60,828 bases of DNA from positions 1 to 60,828 of the IMG/VR virus record IMGVR_UViG_3300031707_002291; one strand, given 5' to 3'. This DNA comes from a virus. Lineage: Duplodnaviria; Caudoviricetes. The notes beneath the pieces were generated by a model. It was not told the DNA's origin and did no database searches. It worked only from the letters and a program-made list of their open reading frames with translations. The position numbers were made by a program, and so were the translations under genes. Shown here piece by piece: positions 1 through 9,349 of the stretch (position 1 is its first letter; the number at the start of each line of letters is the position of its first letter).

Positions 1-127
1 ACCAACGCGCCGTCGGACGGGTCGGCCCCCGAGGCTCGCGCTGCCGTGACCGAAACCATGGACGCGATCGCCGCTGCCCTACAGCGCGGCGCCAACGCCC
101 AGGAAATGCAGGGCCTTCTGGAGGACC
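1..127. repeat. Terminal direct repeat (assembly overlap), copy 1
   Basis: 1-127 is identical to 60702-60828; a 127-nt overlap is typical of a k=127 circular contig. Confidence 0.95.
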
Positions 128-453
128 TGACCGACGACCTCCGGCGATGTGTACCGGCGCCCGAGCCAGCGGGCGACGGCCAGAACCAGAACGTCCTGGT
201 GGCAATCCTAGGCAAGCTACAGACAATTGAGGACCGCATGGACGCTCCAGCAGAGCCAGCGCCGGCGGATGGGGAGGACCGTAGCGGCGGGCCGCCGGCC
301 GCCCCGCCCAGGCGTAAGGGCTTCTCGCCGCGACTCGACACCGACGTACTGAGCCAGCGCCGCCGGACCTCGCGGCCGGGCCAGTACGGATGGTCGCCGC
401 AGCAATTCGCGCACGGCGAACACAGGCGCGGCCAGAGTGACCTGCGGGCCTAA
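1..453 (+). CDS. C-terminal scaffold-like part of the ChaB-protease-scaffold protein that starts at 58551
   Basis: ORF 46..453 is in frame with ATG 58551 across the junction; Ala/Pro-rich helical sequence directly upstream of the capsid gene. Confidence 0.8.
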   Translation, partial: TNAPSDGSAPEARAAVTETMDAIAAALQRGANAQEMQGLLEDLTDDLRRCVPAPEPAGDGQNQNVLVAILGKLQTIEDRMDAPAEPAPADGEDRSGGPPAAPPRRKGFSPRLDTDVLSQRRRTSRPGQYGWSPQQFAHGEHRRGQSDLRA

Positions 454-470
454 AGGAGGAGGCTAATATC

Positions 471-2009
471 ATGACGATGCGTTATGCGGGGCCGCCGTTT
501 GGGCCGCACCCCGCGCTTCGCACGCCCAACCTGTTCGGAGGTCCAGGCGTCGACCCGCGTTACTTCGGGTCCGGCGCCTACCGGACCATGAGCTTCTCGG
601 CCTGGAAGGAGCAGGAGGAGCTGATCGCCGCCCAGGAGGGCCGGCGGGCTCACATTCCGCCTACCGACCGCCAGGGGATTCCGAGGGACATCGCCCACGT
701 CGCCGACCCGGACGAGTTGCTGGCGTGGGCACAGGGCATCATCAAGCGTCACGCCGACACCGACCAGACCCAGAAGGCCGCGGCCGCGGTGGCGGCGAAG
801 ATGAGCGACGACTGGAAGCGGGCCGTCGCCTCGTCTGACCCCGAGGCCATCCGGGCCGTCGTGCGGGCGGCCGCCATGGAGCTTCGGGACACCGACCCCA
901 ACATCTGGCCGTCGCCGCCGGTCACGCCGGGCGACTTCCTGCTGGAGTTCGGCGTACCGATCGACCCGACTGAGCTGATCGTGCTGTGCGAGGAGCTTGG
1001 GCTCTACACGGCGCTACCAGAGATCACCAACGGGTCGGCCGTCGAGATCTACAGGGAAATGGACCAGCTCGAGTTCGCGTCGGGCTGCGACTCGTGCGCT
1101 TTCCCCAAGGGGGCGTGCCCGGAGGACTTCGTGCATGACACCGATGTCCTCTCCATGACGAAGCGTCACATCGGCGTCAAGAAGACCCTCAGCGAGTCGG
1201 ACATCCGGCACTCGATCGCCGGTATCGCCGGCGGCATGGGCGTGAACCAGCTCATCGGCGGGTTCAACGATCAGGGCCTGCCCGGCGAGAAGGACGTAGC
1301 CAGTCTCATCAGGGGCGGCGTCGCCGACCTGAAGGAGAAGGAACTCCGGCTGGCGATGATTCTCGTCCTGAATTGTTGGGATGACCTCATTGTCAACGGC
1401 GACAACTTCGCGAACCCGCTGGAGTTCGACGGCATCACCAACCTGATCACCGCCGCCAACGGCGCCCGCGCCTGTCCGGCGTGGATGTCGGGAACGTTCA
1501 GCGCGACCAACTTCGACCGCTTTATCGCCGGCGGGTGCTCGCACCCCCAGGCCATCATGGCGCACCCGACGGCGCTGGCCGAGATCGCGCTGGCCTACTA
1601 CTCCATCGGTAGCCAGACCGTGATGTTCGACAAGAACGAGGGGATCGTGCCCGGTCTCAACTTCGCGTCGCAGATCATGGCTGGAATCGGGCCGGTTGCT
1701 CTGATCGGGGACTCGCGCTTCCCGCGCCAGGACAACGGCAACGGAACGTTCGACACCATCGTCTACCCGGTCCGCCTGACCCACAACGGCGAGCCGCTCA
1801 TCTACAAGGCGACCCAGATCCCCTTGAGCGCCAAGGACCTGACGCCAGGGTGTACCTCGATCGCCTTCGAGATATGGGCGGTAACTGCGCTCGTTGTGAA
1901 GGCATTGTGTGCGCAGTCGCTCTGTTCGATGCGCTTCACCGGACTCGTGGATGATGGGTGTACCTACGTACATCCGTGCACCCCGACACGCCTACCGGGT
2001 GGCGACTAA
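471..2009 (+). CDS. Major capsid protein (HK97 fold probable), Cys-rich
   Basis: 512 aa; strong SD AAGGAGGAGG; follows protease/scaffold; IVNGD..NPLEFDGITNLI motif typical of capsid proteins; followed by a terminator. Confidence 0.85.
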   Translation: MTMRYAGPPFGPHPALRTPNLFGGPGVDPRYFGSGAYRTMSFSAWKEQEELIAAQEGRRAHIPPTDRQGIPRDIAHVADPDELLAWAQGIIKRHADTDQTQKAAAAVAAKMSDDWKRAVASSDPEAIRAVVRAAAMELRDTDPNIWPSPPVTPGDFLLEFGVPIDPTELIVLCEELGLYTALPEITNGSAVEIYREMDQLEFASGCDSCAFPKGACPEDFVHDTDVLSMTKRHIGVKKTLSESDIRHSIAGIAGGMGVNQLIGGFNDQGLPGEKDVASLIRGGVADLKEKELRLAMILVLNCWDDLIVNGDNFANPLEFDGITNLITAANGARACPAWMSGTFSATNFDRFIAGGCSHPQAIMAHPTALAEIALAYYSIGSQTVMFDKNEGIVPGLNFASQIMAGIGPVALIGDSRFPRQDNGNGTFDTIVYPVRLTHNGEPLIYKATQIPLSAKDLTPGCTSIAFEIWAVTALVVKALCAQSLCSMRFTGLVDDGCTYVHPCTPTRLPGGD

Positions 2010-2038
2010 CCCAGCCGCCTAGCCCCCAACAGGCCGGT

Positions 2039-2077
2039 GGGAGAGGCCCCGCAGGAATGCGGGGCTTCTCCCTTTGT
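2039..2077 (+). terminator. Intrinsic terminator after the capsid gene
   Basis: GGGAGAGGCCCCGCA-GGAA-TGCGGGGCTTCTCCC followed by TTTGT. Confidence 0.8.
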
Positions 2078-2080
2078 GTC

Positions 2081-2109
2081 TTGACCCCAATGGCCGTAGC
2101 GGCTACTAT
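2081..2109 (+). promoter_or_regulatory. Sigma70-type promoter with palindromic operator (leaderless HNH gene)
   Basis: TTGACC-17-TACTAT; TGGCCG-TAG-CGGCTA at 2091-2105; ATG at 2117. Confidence 0.7.
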
Positions 2110-2116
2110 TACCCTA

Positions 2117-2815
2117 ATGACTCGCGATCGAGTTGCCAGGGCCGCCTACCAGAGAGGATATTTCCTACGAAATAAGGAACGGATCGGTGCTAACCGTCGA
2201 GCGCGCGACCTACCAAATAGGGACCGATTAGCGGCTCGCCAGAGACTTTGGCGCGAGGAACACCCAGGATACGACACCGTCTGCCAGACCAAGTTTCGAT
2301 GGGGCCTGCGGCGGGCGATGATTGCCGCCTACGGCGGCCGATGTGCCCATTGCGGGGAGGCAGACCGACCATTCCTTGTCCTCGATCACATGAATGGCGG
2401 GGGCAAGAAAGACAGACGGGGCTCCGGCGGGGCCAGAGGCGTCTGGATACGGTTGCGGCGCGAAGGGTGGCCACCTGGCTACCAGGTTCTCTGCGCCAAC
2501 TGCAACGCTGCCAAGCGGCGGATGGCGAACTGTGGTCGGTCGCGATCTGCATTAGGGTGGCAACGGTTACGAGGGCAGATGCTCGCAGCCTACGGCGGGG
2601 AATGCGTATGTTGCGGTGAGACCGACCCTCTGTCCCTAGAACTTGACCACATCAACGGTGGAGGAGGCAAAGAATACCGTGGGTCGGGCGGGCATGGCCC
2701 CACCTACCGCCGCCTCCGCCGCGAGGCCTGGCCGCCCGGATACCAAATCCTCTGTGCCAACTGCAACATGGCCAAGGAACGGCCAGGCGGTTGCCCCCAC
2801 CAGAGACAATCTTGA
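2117..2815 (+). CDS. Tandem HNH-like endonuclease (two repeated domains)
   Basis: Two copies of AYGG.C..CGE....L.LDH.NGGG....GYQ.LCANCN; start moved to ATG 2117. Confidence 0.8.
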   Translation: MTRDRVARAAYQRGYFLRNKERIGANRRARDLPNRDRLAARQRLWREEHPGYDTVCQTKFRWGLRRAMIAAYGGRCAHCGEADRPFLVLDHMNGGGKKDRRGSGGARGVWIRLRREGWPPGYQVLCANCNAAKRRMANCGRSRSALGWQRLRGQMLAAYGGECVCCGETDPLSLELDHINGGGGKEYRGSGGHGPTYRRLRREAWPPGYQILCANCNMAKERPGGCPHQRQS

Positions 2816-2840
2816 CACCCCCCGCGCCGTAGCGTACAGT
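2812..2840 (+). promoter_or_regulatory. Sigma70-type promoter with partial operator
   Basis: TTGACA-17-TACAGT containing GCCGTAGCG. Confidence 0.6.
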
Positions 2841-2872
2841 CGGGCCAGCCTTGATAGCCGGAAGGAGGCCCC

Positions 2873-3451
2873 ATGCCAGGCGAAGATAAAGACCCCGCCC
2901 AGGACCCGGCAGCCGACGAGGCCGGCGTCCTACTAGAAGCCCCCTCCACCCTCGAGCCGACCCTACAGGCCCTGACCCGCGCGTTCGAGTCCTTTGTCAG
3001 CACCGTACGGGTGCCGGCCGACCTTTCGCCTTACCGTTCGATCACAGCCGCCCGCGGCCTACAGGAGTGCCAGGCCATGCTGGACGGCGGCTGGGATATC
3101 GTTCACGCCGACTTCTGCGAGGAGGTTCGGCGCCGGAGCGGCGTAGGGCGCCAGGCGGCCGTTCTGGCCTGGACGCCCTATTTCATCATGGGGCGGCGCG
3201 AGACCCTTCTGGCCAAGGATAAGGCCGCCATCGTCCAGGCCGACGACCAGCGGGCCATGAATGCTGGCGTGCCGATGCGCGAGGGCGACGACGAGGAGGT
3301 CGACCAGGACCCCGCCGGGGACACCACGCCCCCGCCCGCTGCCGCCGGCGCGCCGCCGGCCAATCCGGCCACGCCGCGCGGGCGCCATGTAACGGCTCAG
3401 GGGCCGAGGTCGATTGGGGCAGAGGGCCAGGGAGCGCTAGTGGGGCGATAG
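2873..3451 (+). CDS. Hypothetical protein
   Basis: 192 aa; SD AAGGAGG. Confidence 0.7.
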   Translation: MPGEDKDPAQDPAADEAGVLLEAPSTLEPTLQALTRAFESFVSTVRVPADLSPYRSITAARGLQECQAMLDGGWDIVHADFCEEVRRRSGVGRQAAVLAWTPYFIMGRRETLLAKDKAAIVQADDQRAMNAGVPMREGDDEEVDQDPAGDTTPPPAAAGAPPANPATPRGRHVTAQGPRSIGAEGQGALVGR

Positions 3452-3452
3452 G

Positions 3453-3662
3453 GTGACGGTTCGACTACGGTATCGCCGCTCCGGCCCGGCGACCGTGGGA
3501 GCCAAGACCAGGCTACCCAGCGGCAAGACCTACCGTGTAGCCATCTTCGGCCGGCGGACCATCGACGTAGAGGAGGAGGACGTGGACGTCCTCCTCGCCT
3601 TCAAGGGCGAGTGCTGCGCCGGCGGCCGGGGGAAGACCCCGCTGTTCGAGCGCGACGAATAG
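3453..3662 (+). CDS. Small Cys-tailed hypothetical protein (paralog of 33654..33845)
   Basis: 69 aa; LRY...G..Y...IDVEEEDVDVLL...CC pattern shared with the 33654 ORF. Confidence 0.65.
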   Translation: MTVRLRYRRSGPATVGAKTRLPSGKTYRVAIFGRRTIDVEEEDVDVLLAFKGECCAGGRGKTPLFERDE

Positions 3663-3673
3663 GAGGCATCACC

Positions 3674-3859
3674 GTGTCGGTAGAGCTAGGCGTAAGGGTT
3701 CGCGAGAAGGTGACGGGCGCAGAGGGGGTCGTCGTCGGCAGGGCCGAGTACCTATACGGGTCTTCGTGCGTCCTCCTTCAGCCCGAGAACCTGAAGGATG
3801 GGGCGCCGGTCAAGGCTCAGTGGCTGGAGGAGGCCCAGGTAGAGGCCCTACCTGCCTAG
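3674..3859 (+). CDS. Small phage hypothetical protein (SH3-like)
   Basis: GTG start after AGGAGG; LG.RVR.KVTG.EG.V.GR.EYL.G pattern common in phages. Confidence 0.7.
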   Translation: MSVELGVRVREKVTGAEGVVVGRAEYLYGSSCVLLQPENLKDGAPVKAQWLEEAQVEALPA

Positions 3860-3874
3860 TCGGCCGGGCCCATC

Positions 3875-4825
3875 ATGCCGGCCACGGTCTACCTTCTCGA
3901 CATGCGATGGGGGCTGGGCGACGTGCTGTGCTGCACGCCGGCGGTACGGGCTCTCCGCGAGCGCGAGCCGGAAGCCACGATCCTCTTTCGTACTATTACG
4001 AAGGGGCGGCACCGCGTAGAGTACGACCCGCCAGGCAGCCCGCCGGGTAGCGGCGGCGCGCCTGACGAGATGCTCTGGTACAACCCCTACATTGCCCGAA
4101 TCCTTGACGTAGACGAGCGCGCGCCGGCCGGCGTTGCGGCGACCGAGCTCTACTACGTCAAGTATGGCGGGCCGCCGCTGGATAGACCGCTCCAGGGTCG
4201 CTACTTCGACTGCCTGGGGCTACCGTGGCCCGAGCGCTTTGACCTCGACTACTACATTCAGGATTTCGAGAGGGCCGACGCTGCCACCCTTCTCCAGCAG
4301 CAGGGCGGCAGCGCCCCGTACTGTGTCCTGACGCCGCGCGTGGGCTGGCCAGGCAAGATGTGGAGCGACGAGGGCTGGACCTACATCATCGGCCGGCTAC
4401 GCGAGTTCGGCTGGACGCCGGTAGTGATGGCGGGCCGCCGGCTACAGGGCCGGCCATGGGCCGACGCCGTGAACCTATCCGGCACGCTTGACGTCCGCGA
4501 GACCGCCGGCGTGCTCGACGCCTGCGAGGCGATGGTCTGCACCGAGGGCGGCCTGGCCCACCTGCGCTTCGCCCTGGGGAAGCCGGCCGTGGTCCTGACC
4601 TGCGCTACCTCCTACAAGGTCCAGGTCTGGGCGCCGCCCGAGCTCGTAACCGAGGTCCGGCATGCCCAATGGTGCGAGCCCTGCATGTGGCGCTTCGGCC
4701 ACGTCGAGGGCCGGCCCAGCACACCGCCAGGAAACACCCACGATTGCCCGCGCGGCATAACGCTCCGCGATCTGTCGGGCGACGCCGTCTGGGCCGTACT
4801 GCGGGAAAGGCTTTATGGGACGTAG
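3875..4825 (+). CDS. Glycosyltransferase family 9 (heptosyltransferase-like)
   Basis: GLGDVL...PA N-terminus; K.W, NLSG.L...E.A.VL and EGGLAHL.FALGKP.VVL motifs of GT9. Confidence 0.85.
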   Translation: MPATVYLLDMRWGLGDVLCCTPAVRALREREPEATILFRTITKGRHRVEYDPPGSPPGSGGAPDEMLWYNPYIARILDVDERAPAGVAATELYYVKYGGPPLDRPLQGRYFDCLGLPWPERFDLDYYIQDFERADAATLLQQQGGSAPYCVLTPRVGWPGKMWSDEGWTYIIGRLREFGWTPVVMAGRRLQGRPWADAVNLSGTLDVRETAGVLDACEAMVCTEGGLAHLRFALGKPAVVLTCATSYKVQVWAPPELVTEVRHAQWCEPCMWRFGHVEGRPSTPPGNTHDCPRGITLRDLSGDAVWAVLRERLYGT

Positions 4826-4841
4826 CCGATACGGTTATAAT
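4823..4841 (+). promoter_or_regulatory. Promoter -10 with palindromic operator
   Basis: TAGCCG-ATA-CGGTTA overlapping TATAAT (4836-4841). Confidence 0.65.
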
Positions 4842-4860
4842 CCGGTCCAGGGGTGGCGAG

Positions 4861-5433
4861 ATGAGACTCAAGTTCTGGCATAATCGAACAAAAGTGGGGA
4901 AGCCCTACAGTTGGTCCTTTAGGTCTCGACCAGTCCTGTTCCCTAAGTCCTGGGGCAATCAGCGCATGGGAGCCACTCCAATACGTCACTCTTATGGCCC
5001 CAATGATAGTCGCCTGGAGGACGGCGGCCGCCTGAGCGGCATTGAGAAGCATTTTATGGACGCGCAGGGCGAGAAGGGCCTATTTGTCATGCGTTTCCTA
5101 TTTTTTGATCTAGAACAAGCGGTCGCGTATTACATGGATTTGCTTATGCAGCAGTGCGGGCGTCTCTTAGAGGGCAATGATTCGCTCGCGGAGCGGGTTC
5201 GCAGTCTGCGATTGGAAGACCGGGCCTCATGGCGGGTGATCGCTGAGACCATCCACGAGGAAGGGGACGGCCAATGGAATCCGCCATTCAATCAGTTTGC
5301 CGGACTGGCCCTTTGTTTACTGGTGGCCGACAGGGCCAGCGAGAGCGGCCTGGCACCGCCATGGAACGACCAACCTCTCCGCGAAGGTGAGGAGGCCGTT
5401 TGGCTGGCCCATTTAAAGGCGGCGACTCGATGA
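4861..5433 (+). CDS. Hypothetical protein
   Basis: ATG 4861 downstream of promoter; visibly more AT-rich than neighbours. Confidence 0.55.
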   Translation: MRLKFWHNRTKVGKPYSWSFRSRPVLFPKSWGNQRMGATPIRHSYGPNDSRLEDGGRLSGIEKHFMDAQGEKGLFVMRFLFFDLEQAVAYYMDLLMQQCGRLLEGNDSLAERVRSLRLEDRASWRVIAETIHEEGDGQWNPPFNQFAGLALCLLVADRASESGLAPPWNDQPLREGEEAVWLAHLKAATR

Positions 5434-6452
5434 CTAAGCCGCCGCGGGTCCTGCACGTCTCCTGGCTGAAGCGCTCGGACGGCGAGACCGGGGGCGTGGA
5501 GAAGTTCGCCGCCTACCTGAAGGGCGCCCTGACCGAGCGCGGCTGGGAAGTCGTGGTGATTAGCTGGTCCGACATGCCGGGCCACGAGCGGTACGACAGG
5601 CAGAGCCTGGGGAATCCCGACAAAGCCTACATCCTCGGCCAGTGGCTGGACGGGCCGGCCTTCGGCGTCGGGTACGACATAGCCGTCAGCGACGGCTATT
5701 GGGGGATCGGGATCACGAGCCGGCCCGTCGTGCCGGTCGTCCACGGTACCTGGGCCGAGATGTTCGTGAGAATGGGGATGCGTCCGACCGACGAGGTCCA
5801 GCGCCAGGGAGAAGCCTTCAACGCTCCTAACGCCTATCCGGTTGCGTGTAGCGCCGCGTCGGCGCGCGAGCTCCGCCGGCACTACGGCCGGACCGCCGTG
5901 GCCACGATCCACCATGGGGTCGACCTTGCAGCCTTTCACCCTAGGGATGAACCGCTGCCGCCGGGCCCGCCGTGGATCGTGCTGGAGGCGGCCGGCCAGA
6001 ACGCCAAGAAGGGCGGGCGGGTCATGCCGGCGATCGCGGCGCTGCTAGGGAGCCCGTACCGGATCGACTACCTGAACGCCGGCGTCGGCCAGGAGCCCGA
6101 CGCCTTCCGGCGCGGCCACATGTTCCTACACCCGACCCGCCACGAGGGCAACGCCTATGCTTGCCTGGAGGCTCTAGCTACGGACCTGCCGATCGTGACG
6201 ACGCAGGCCGGCATTTTCGAGGACATTCCCTGGAGCGGTAGCGGCCAGACCGTGCTGGGGTATACTCTACCCGTAACGGCTAGGCCGGAGGACTTGGCGC
6301 ATGCAGTCCGCCAGCTCTGCCGCGATGTCGAGACGGGGAACATGCGAGGCATACCGCGCCGATGGGCCGAGACCAACGCCAACCTGACGGGCTTCGCCGA
6401 CCGCTGGGATCGGCTACTGCGGGAGATCGCCAGTGACCACGCGCCCTCTTGA
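5430..6452 (+). CDS. Glycosyltransferase family 4
   Basis: GGVEK, VVHG, IHHGVD, KKG, FLHPTRHEG..YACLEALA.DLPIVTT (EX7E) motifs. Confidence 0.88.
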   Translation: MTKPPRVLHVSWLKRSDGETGGVEKFAAYLKGALTERGWEVVVISWSDMPGHERYDRQSLGNPDKAYILGQWLDGPAFGVGYDIAVSDGYWGIGITSRPVVPVVHGTWAEMFVRMGMRPTDEVQRQGEAFNAPNAYPVACSAASARELRRHYGRTAVATIHHGVDLAAFHPRDEPLPPGPPWIVLEAAGQNAKKGGRVMPAIAALLGSPYRIDYLNAGVGQEPDAFRRGHMFLHPTRHEGNAYACLEALATDLPIVTTQAGIFEDIPWSGSGQTVLGYTLPVTARPEDLAHAVRQLCRDVETGNMRGIPRRWAETNANLTGFADRWDRLLREIASDHAPS

Positions 6453-7386
6453 CCATACGCCTACCGGCCTCGTCAACTTTGACGCGGCCTACGCTGCCCT
6501 TGCCCTCGCCAGCACGATTGACGAGGCGCGCGAGATTAGGAACGCGGCGGTCGCCTTCCACGTCTACGCCAAGCAAGCTGGCCTCTCTCTGGAAATGCAG
6601 AACAAGGCCGCTGAGATCAAGTTGCGCGCCGAGAGGCGCTGCGGGGAACTCCTGGGGGAGATGGCGGAGAGGGGCGAGAGGGCTACCGATGGCAAACCAT
6701 CACAGGACGTTATGGTTTCACCCCCAACCCTGGCCGATCTCGGCGTCGAACCGATGCAGTCCTCCCGATGGCAAAAGCTGGCGGCCATTCCCGCGCCGGC
6801 CTTCGAGCGCTACATCGCCGACAAGCGGGACAGTGCCCAGGAGATCACCACCGCCGGGTTGCTGGCGCGGGGCGACAACCGGCCAGTCCTGTCCTCAGAA
6901 TCCTACGAATGGTACACGCCAGCCCTCTATGTCCAGGCGGCCCGCCGCGTCCTGGGCGGTATCGATCTAGATCCTGCCTCCTGTGATCGAGCCAACGAGA
7001 TCGTCAGGGCCGATGTCTACTTCACCCGCGAAGACGACGGCCTGGCCCATGACTGGCGGGGCCGCATCTGGTTGAACCCGCCCTACGGTGGGGCGCAAGC
7101 CGCCTTCACCGATCATCTGGTCGCCGAATATGAACGTGGCCACATCCTGGCGGCAATCCTTCTCGTCAATTCCCACGCGACCGACACGGACTGGTTCCAA
7201 CCTTTGTGGGACCACCTCCTTTGTTTCTCAGAGGGGCGCATCAACTTCATCGGCCCAACTGGAGAGATCGAGTCCGGTTCGACGCATGGCAGCGTGTTCG
7301 CCTACCTGGGTCCTGACCGTGCCGCCTTCGCTGGCCAATTCCGCGACTTCGGCGCAATCGTCGAGAGATATCATGACGATTCGTGA
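6433..7386 (+). CDS. Phage DNA N6-adenine methyltransferase
   Basis: EWYTP, IDLDPAS, DDGL...W.GRIWLNPPY; N-terminal EIKLRAERRCGELL domain common in phage methylases. Confidence 0.88.
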   Translation: MTTRPLDHTPTGLVNFDAAYAALALASTIDEAREIRNAAVAFHVYAKQAGLSLEMQNKAAEIKLRAERRCGELLGEMAERGERATDGKPSQDVMVSPPTLADLGVEPMQSSRWQKLAAIPAPAFERYIADKRDSAQEITTAGLLARGDNRPVLSSESYEWYTPALYVQAARRVLGGIDLDPASCDRANEIVRADVYFTREDDGLAHDWRGRIWLNPPYGGAQAAFTDHLVAEYERGHILAAILLVNSHATDTDWFQPLWDHLLCFSEGRINFIGPTGEIESGSTHGSVFAYLGPDRAAFAGQFRDFGAIVERYHDDS

Positions 7387-7729
7387 CCTCGACAAGTACG
7401 TGGCCCGGCTGTGGGATTGGGGGTTTCTAGACCAATGCTTCGGTGCCACCGGCATCAGGGTCTCGGACCTAGATGGCATCGTCGAGAGAAACGGCCGGTT
7501 CTTGGTAATCGAGGCTAAGGGGACGGGGCAAGCCGTTCCTGTCGGACAGGCGCGCCTGTTCAGGGCCTTCGTCAATACGGGCCTGTTCACGGTTCTTGTC
7601 CTTTGGGGCGAGACGAACAAACCAGCCAGAATGTCGGCCTTCCCAGGGCCAGCAACGGCTTGCACGACGGCCGACATTCTGGACTTTGTAACGGTCTGGT
7701 TTCAATATGCGGATGAGGCCAGGCCATGA
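7373..7729 (+). CDS. Putative PD-(D/E)xK-type nuclease
   Basis: SDLDGIVERNGRFLVIEAK...GQ motif. Confidence 0.55.
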   Translation: MTIRDLDKYVARLWDWGFLDQCFGATGIRVSDLDGIVERNGRFLVIEAKGTGQAVPVGQARLFRAFVNTGLFTVLVLWGETNKPARMSAFPGPATACTTADILDFVTVWFQYADEARP

Positions 7730-8142
7730 TCCACCCCCACCTGGTCCTGCGATTCATGGCGCCTTACCCGCCGCCGGCGCTCCTACCCAATAGCCGCGCG
7801 CATTGGGCCGCGAAAGCGAACGCGGCCACCAAATATGGCCTGGAGGCTGGCGACGCCATCATGGCCTACTGCGCCCAGGCGGGCCTCCAGCTTCCGCTCG
7901 GCTACCGGCATGGACGGTTAGCCACTACCCACCACTTCACCCGCCAGGCGGCCGACCCGGACAACTGCGTCGGCGCCCTGAAGCCCCTGATCGACATCCT
8001 CCAGATGGCCAACGCCGGTAGCGGCGTCCGGTTCCGTCTGGGCATCATCGAGAACGACCGCAACCTCCAGGTCTCCGAGCCCGTCCGCCGGCCGCGTAGC
8101 CCGTTCGGGAAGGTGATCGAGTGCGTTTTGGAGGTATGGTGA
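7726..8142 (+). CDS. RusA-like resolvase (putative)
   Basis: PNSRAHW and DPDN...ALKPLID.L...GIIEND motifs. Confidence 0.6.
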   Translation: MIHPHLVLRFMAPYPPPALLPNSRAHWAAKANAATKYGLEAGDAIMAYCAQAGLQLPLGYRHGRLATTHHFTRQAADPDNCVGALKPLIDILQMANAGSGVRFRLGIIENDRNLQVSEPVRRPRSPFGKVIECVLEVW

Positions 8143-8363
8143 GGATCGACAAGATCATCGACGCCATCGGGATCTGGCCGTTTCGCCGGCCCCCGCGCCC
8201 GCCCGATCCCGACCTACCGCCGGACCGTATCACCAAGGGCTTTCCGCCGGCGCCGCTGGGGCCGAATTATGTTGAGGGCGGCCACGACTGCCCTGCCTGT
8301 GGGCGGTTCTACGTCTGGCCATGGTGGCACCGACTGGTCAGGGGGCATTGGCCTACGCGATGA
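8136..8363 (+). CDS. Small hypothetical protein (CxxC)
   Basis: ATG after GGAGG; overlaps neighbours by a few bases. Confidence 0.5.
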   Translation: MVRIDKIIDAIGIWPFRRPPRPPDPDLPPDRITKGFPPAPLGPNYVEGGHDCPACGRFYVWPWWHRLVRGHWPTR

Positions 8364-9349
8364 ACATCTGGCTACAGTCCAGCGTCTTCGCCCCTACGCC
8401 AGCCCATGCCACGGCGGCTCTGGAGTACCTGGTCGCCAAGTTGGGCGAGAACCTGAGCGGCCTGGGGCACCATGTCACGCTCTTTGCCCTCCAGGGCTCC
8501 GACGTACCCCGCGTCGAGCTCGTCACGGTACCGCGGTACACCACGCCATCGGCGACCGAGACCGCGATCGTAGACCGGATGGAGCGCCTACCGCGCCCCG
8601 ACGTACTCTTTGACCACAGCCGCTGGCAACAGGCCCAGACCCGATGGCCGGCCCTACCGGCCGTCACGATGATCCACGGCAACGCATCCCTGGAGGCCCA
8701 CGCCCGTAATCTCGTCTTCTGCTCTGTGGCTCACGGCCGCTGGCACGGCCGGCCGAACCCGGTCGCCTTGCACAACGGGATCGAGCCGGCCGACTTTCGC
8801 GTAGGCCCGCCGATGGCGCAGCGCCGCGGCGCCCTGTGGATGGGGCGCATCATGCCCTATAAGCGGCCGCATTTGGCCGTGGACATGTGCGAGCAGGCCG
8901 GCGTAGCGCTCACCATCGCGGGCCCGGCGGCCGACGCCGGCTACTTCCAAATGTCCATGCGGCCTCGGTTGAAGCCGGAGGGCTGGGCCGACTACGCCGG
9001 CGAGGTCGCCGGCGACGAGCGCCTCCGCCTCCTGTCCGAGTCCTGCTGCCTCCTTATGACGTCAGAGGCCCAGGACCCGGCGCCGATCGTGGTGATAGAG
9101 GCCATGGCGTCCGGCACCCCGGTCTTCGCCTTCGACCACGGCTCGCTACCGGAGTTCGTCCGATTTGGCGTAAGCGGTTTCCTCTGGAAGACCGTTGACG
9201 AGTTCGTCGAGGCCCTACGGCTACACCAGTGGCAACAGATCGACCCGGCCGTGTGCCGGCAGCACGTGGAGGACCACCTGAGCATGGCCACGATGGCGCG
9301 CAAGGCCGAGGCCCTGCTGGCCCAAGCCGCAGAGGGGGCGACATGGTAG
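8360..9349 (+). CDS. Glycosyltransferase family 4
   Basis: LGHHVTLFA, HNGI, GRIMPYKRPH, VIEAMASGTPV...GSLPE motifs. Confidence 0.88.
   Translation: MNIWLQSSVFAPTPAHATAALEYLVAKLGENLSGLGHHVTLFALQGSDVPRVELVTVPRYTTPSATETAIVDRMERLPRPDVLFDHSRWQQAQTRWPALPAVTMIHGNASLEAHARNLVFCSVAHGRWHGRPNPVALHNGIEPADFRVGPPMAQRRGALWMGRIMPYKRPHLAVDMCEQAGVALTIAGPAADAGYFQMSMRPRLKPEGWADYAGEVAGDERLRLLSESCCLLMTSEAQDPAPIVVIEAMASGTPVFAFDHGSLPEFVRFGVSGFLWKTVDEFVEALRLHQWQQIDPAVCRQHVEDHLSMATMARKAEALLAQAAEGATW

Noticed and set aside
1014-1973. 319-aa minus-strand ORF and many similar overlapping ORFs
   Set aside because: Shadow ORFs typical of GC-rich DNA opposite well-supported genes
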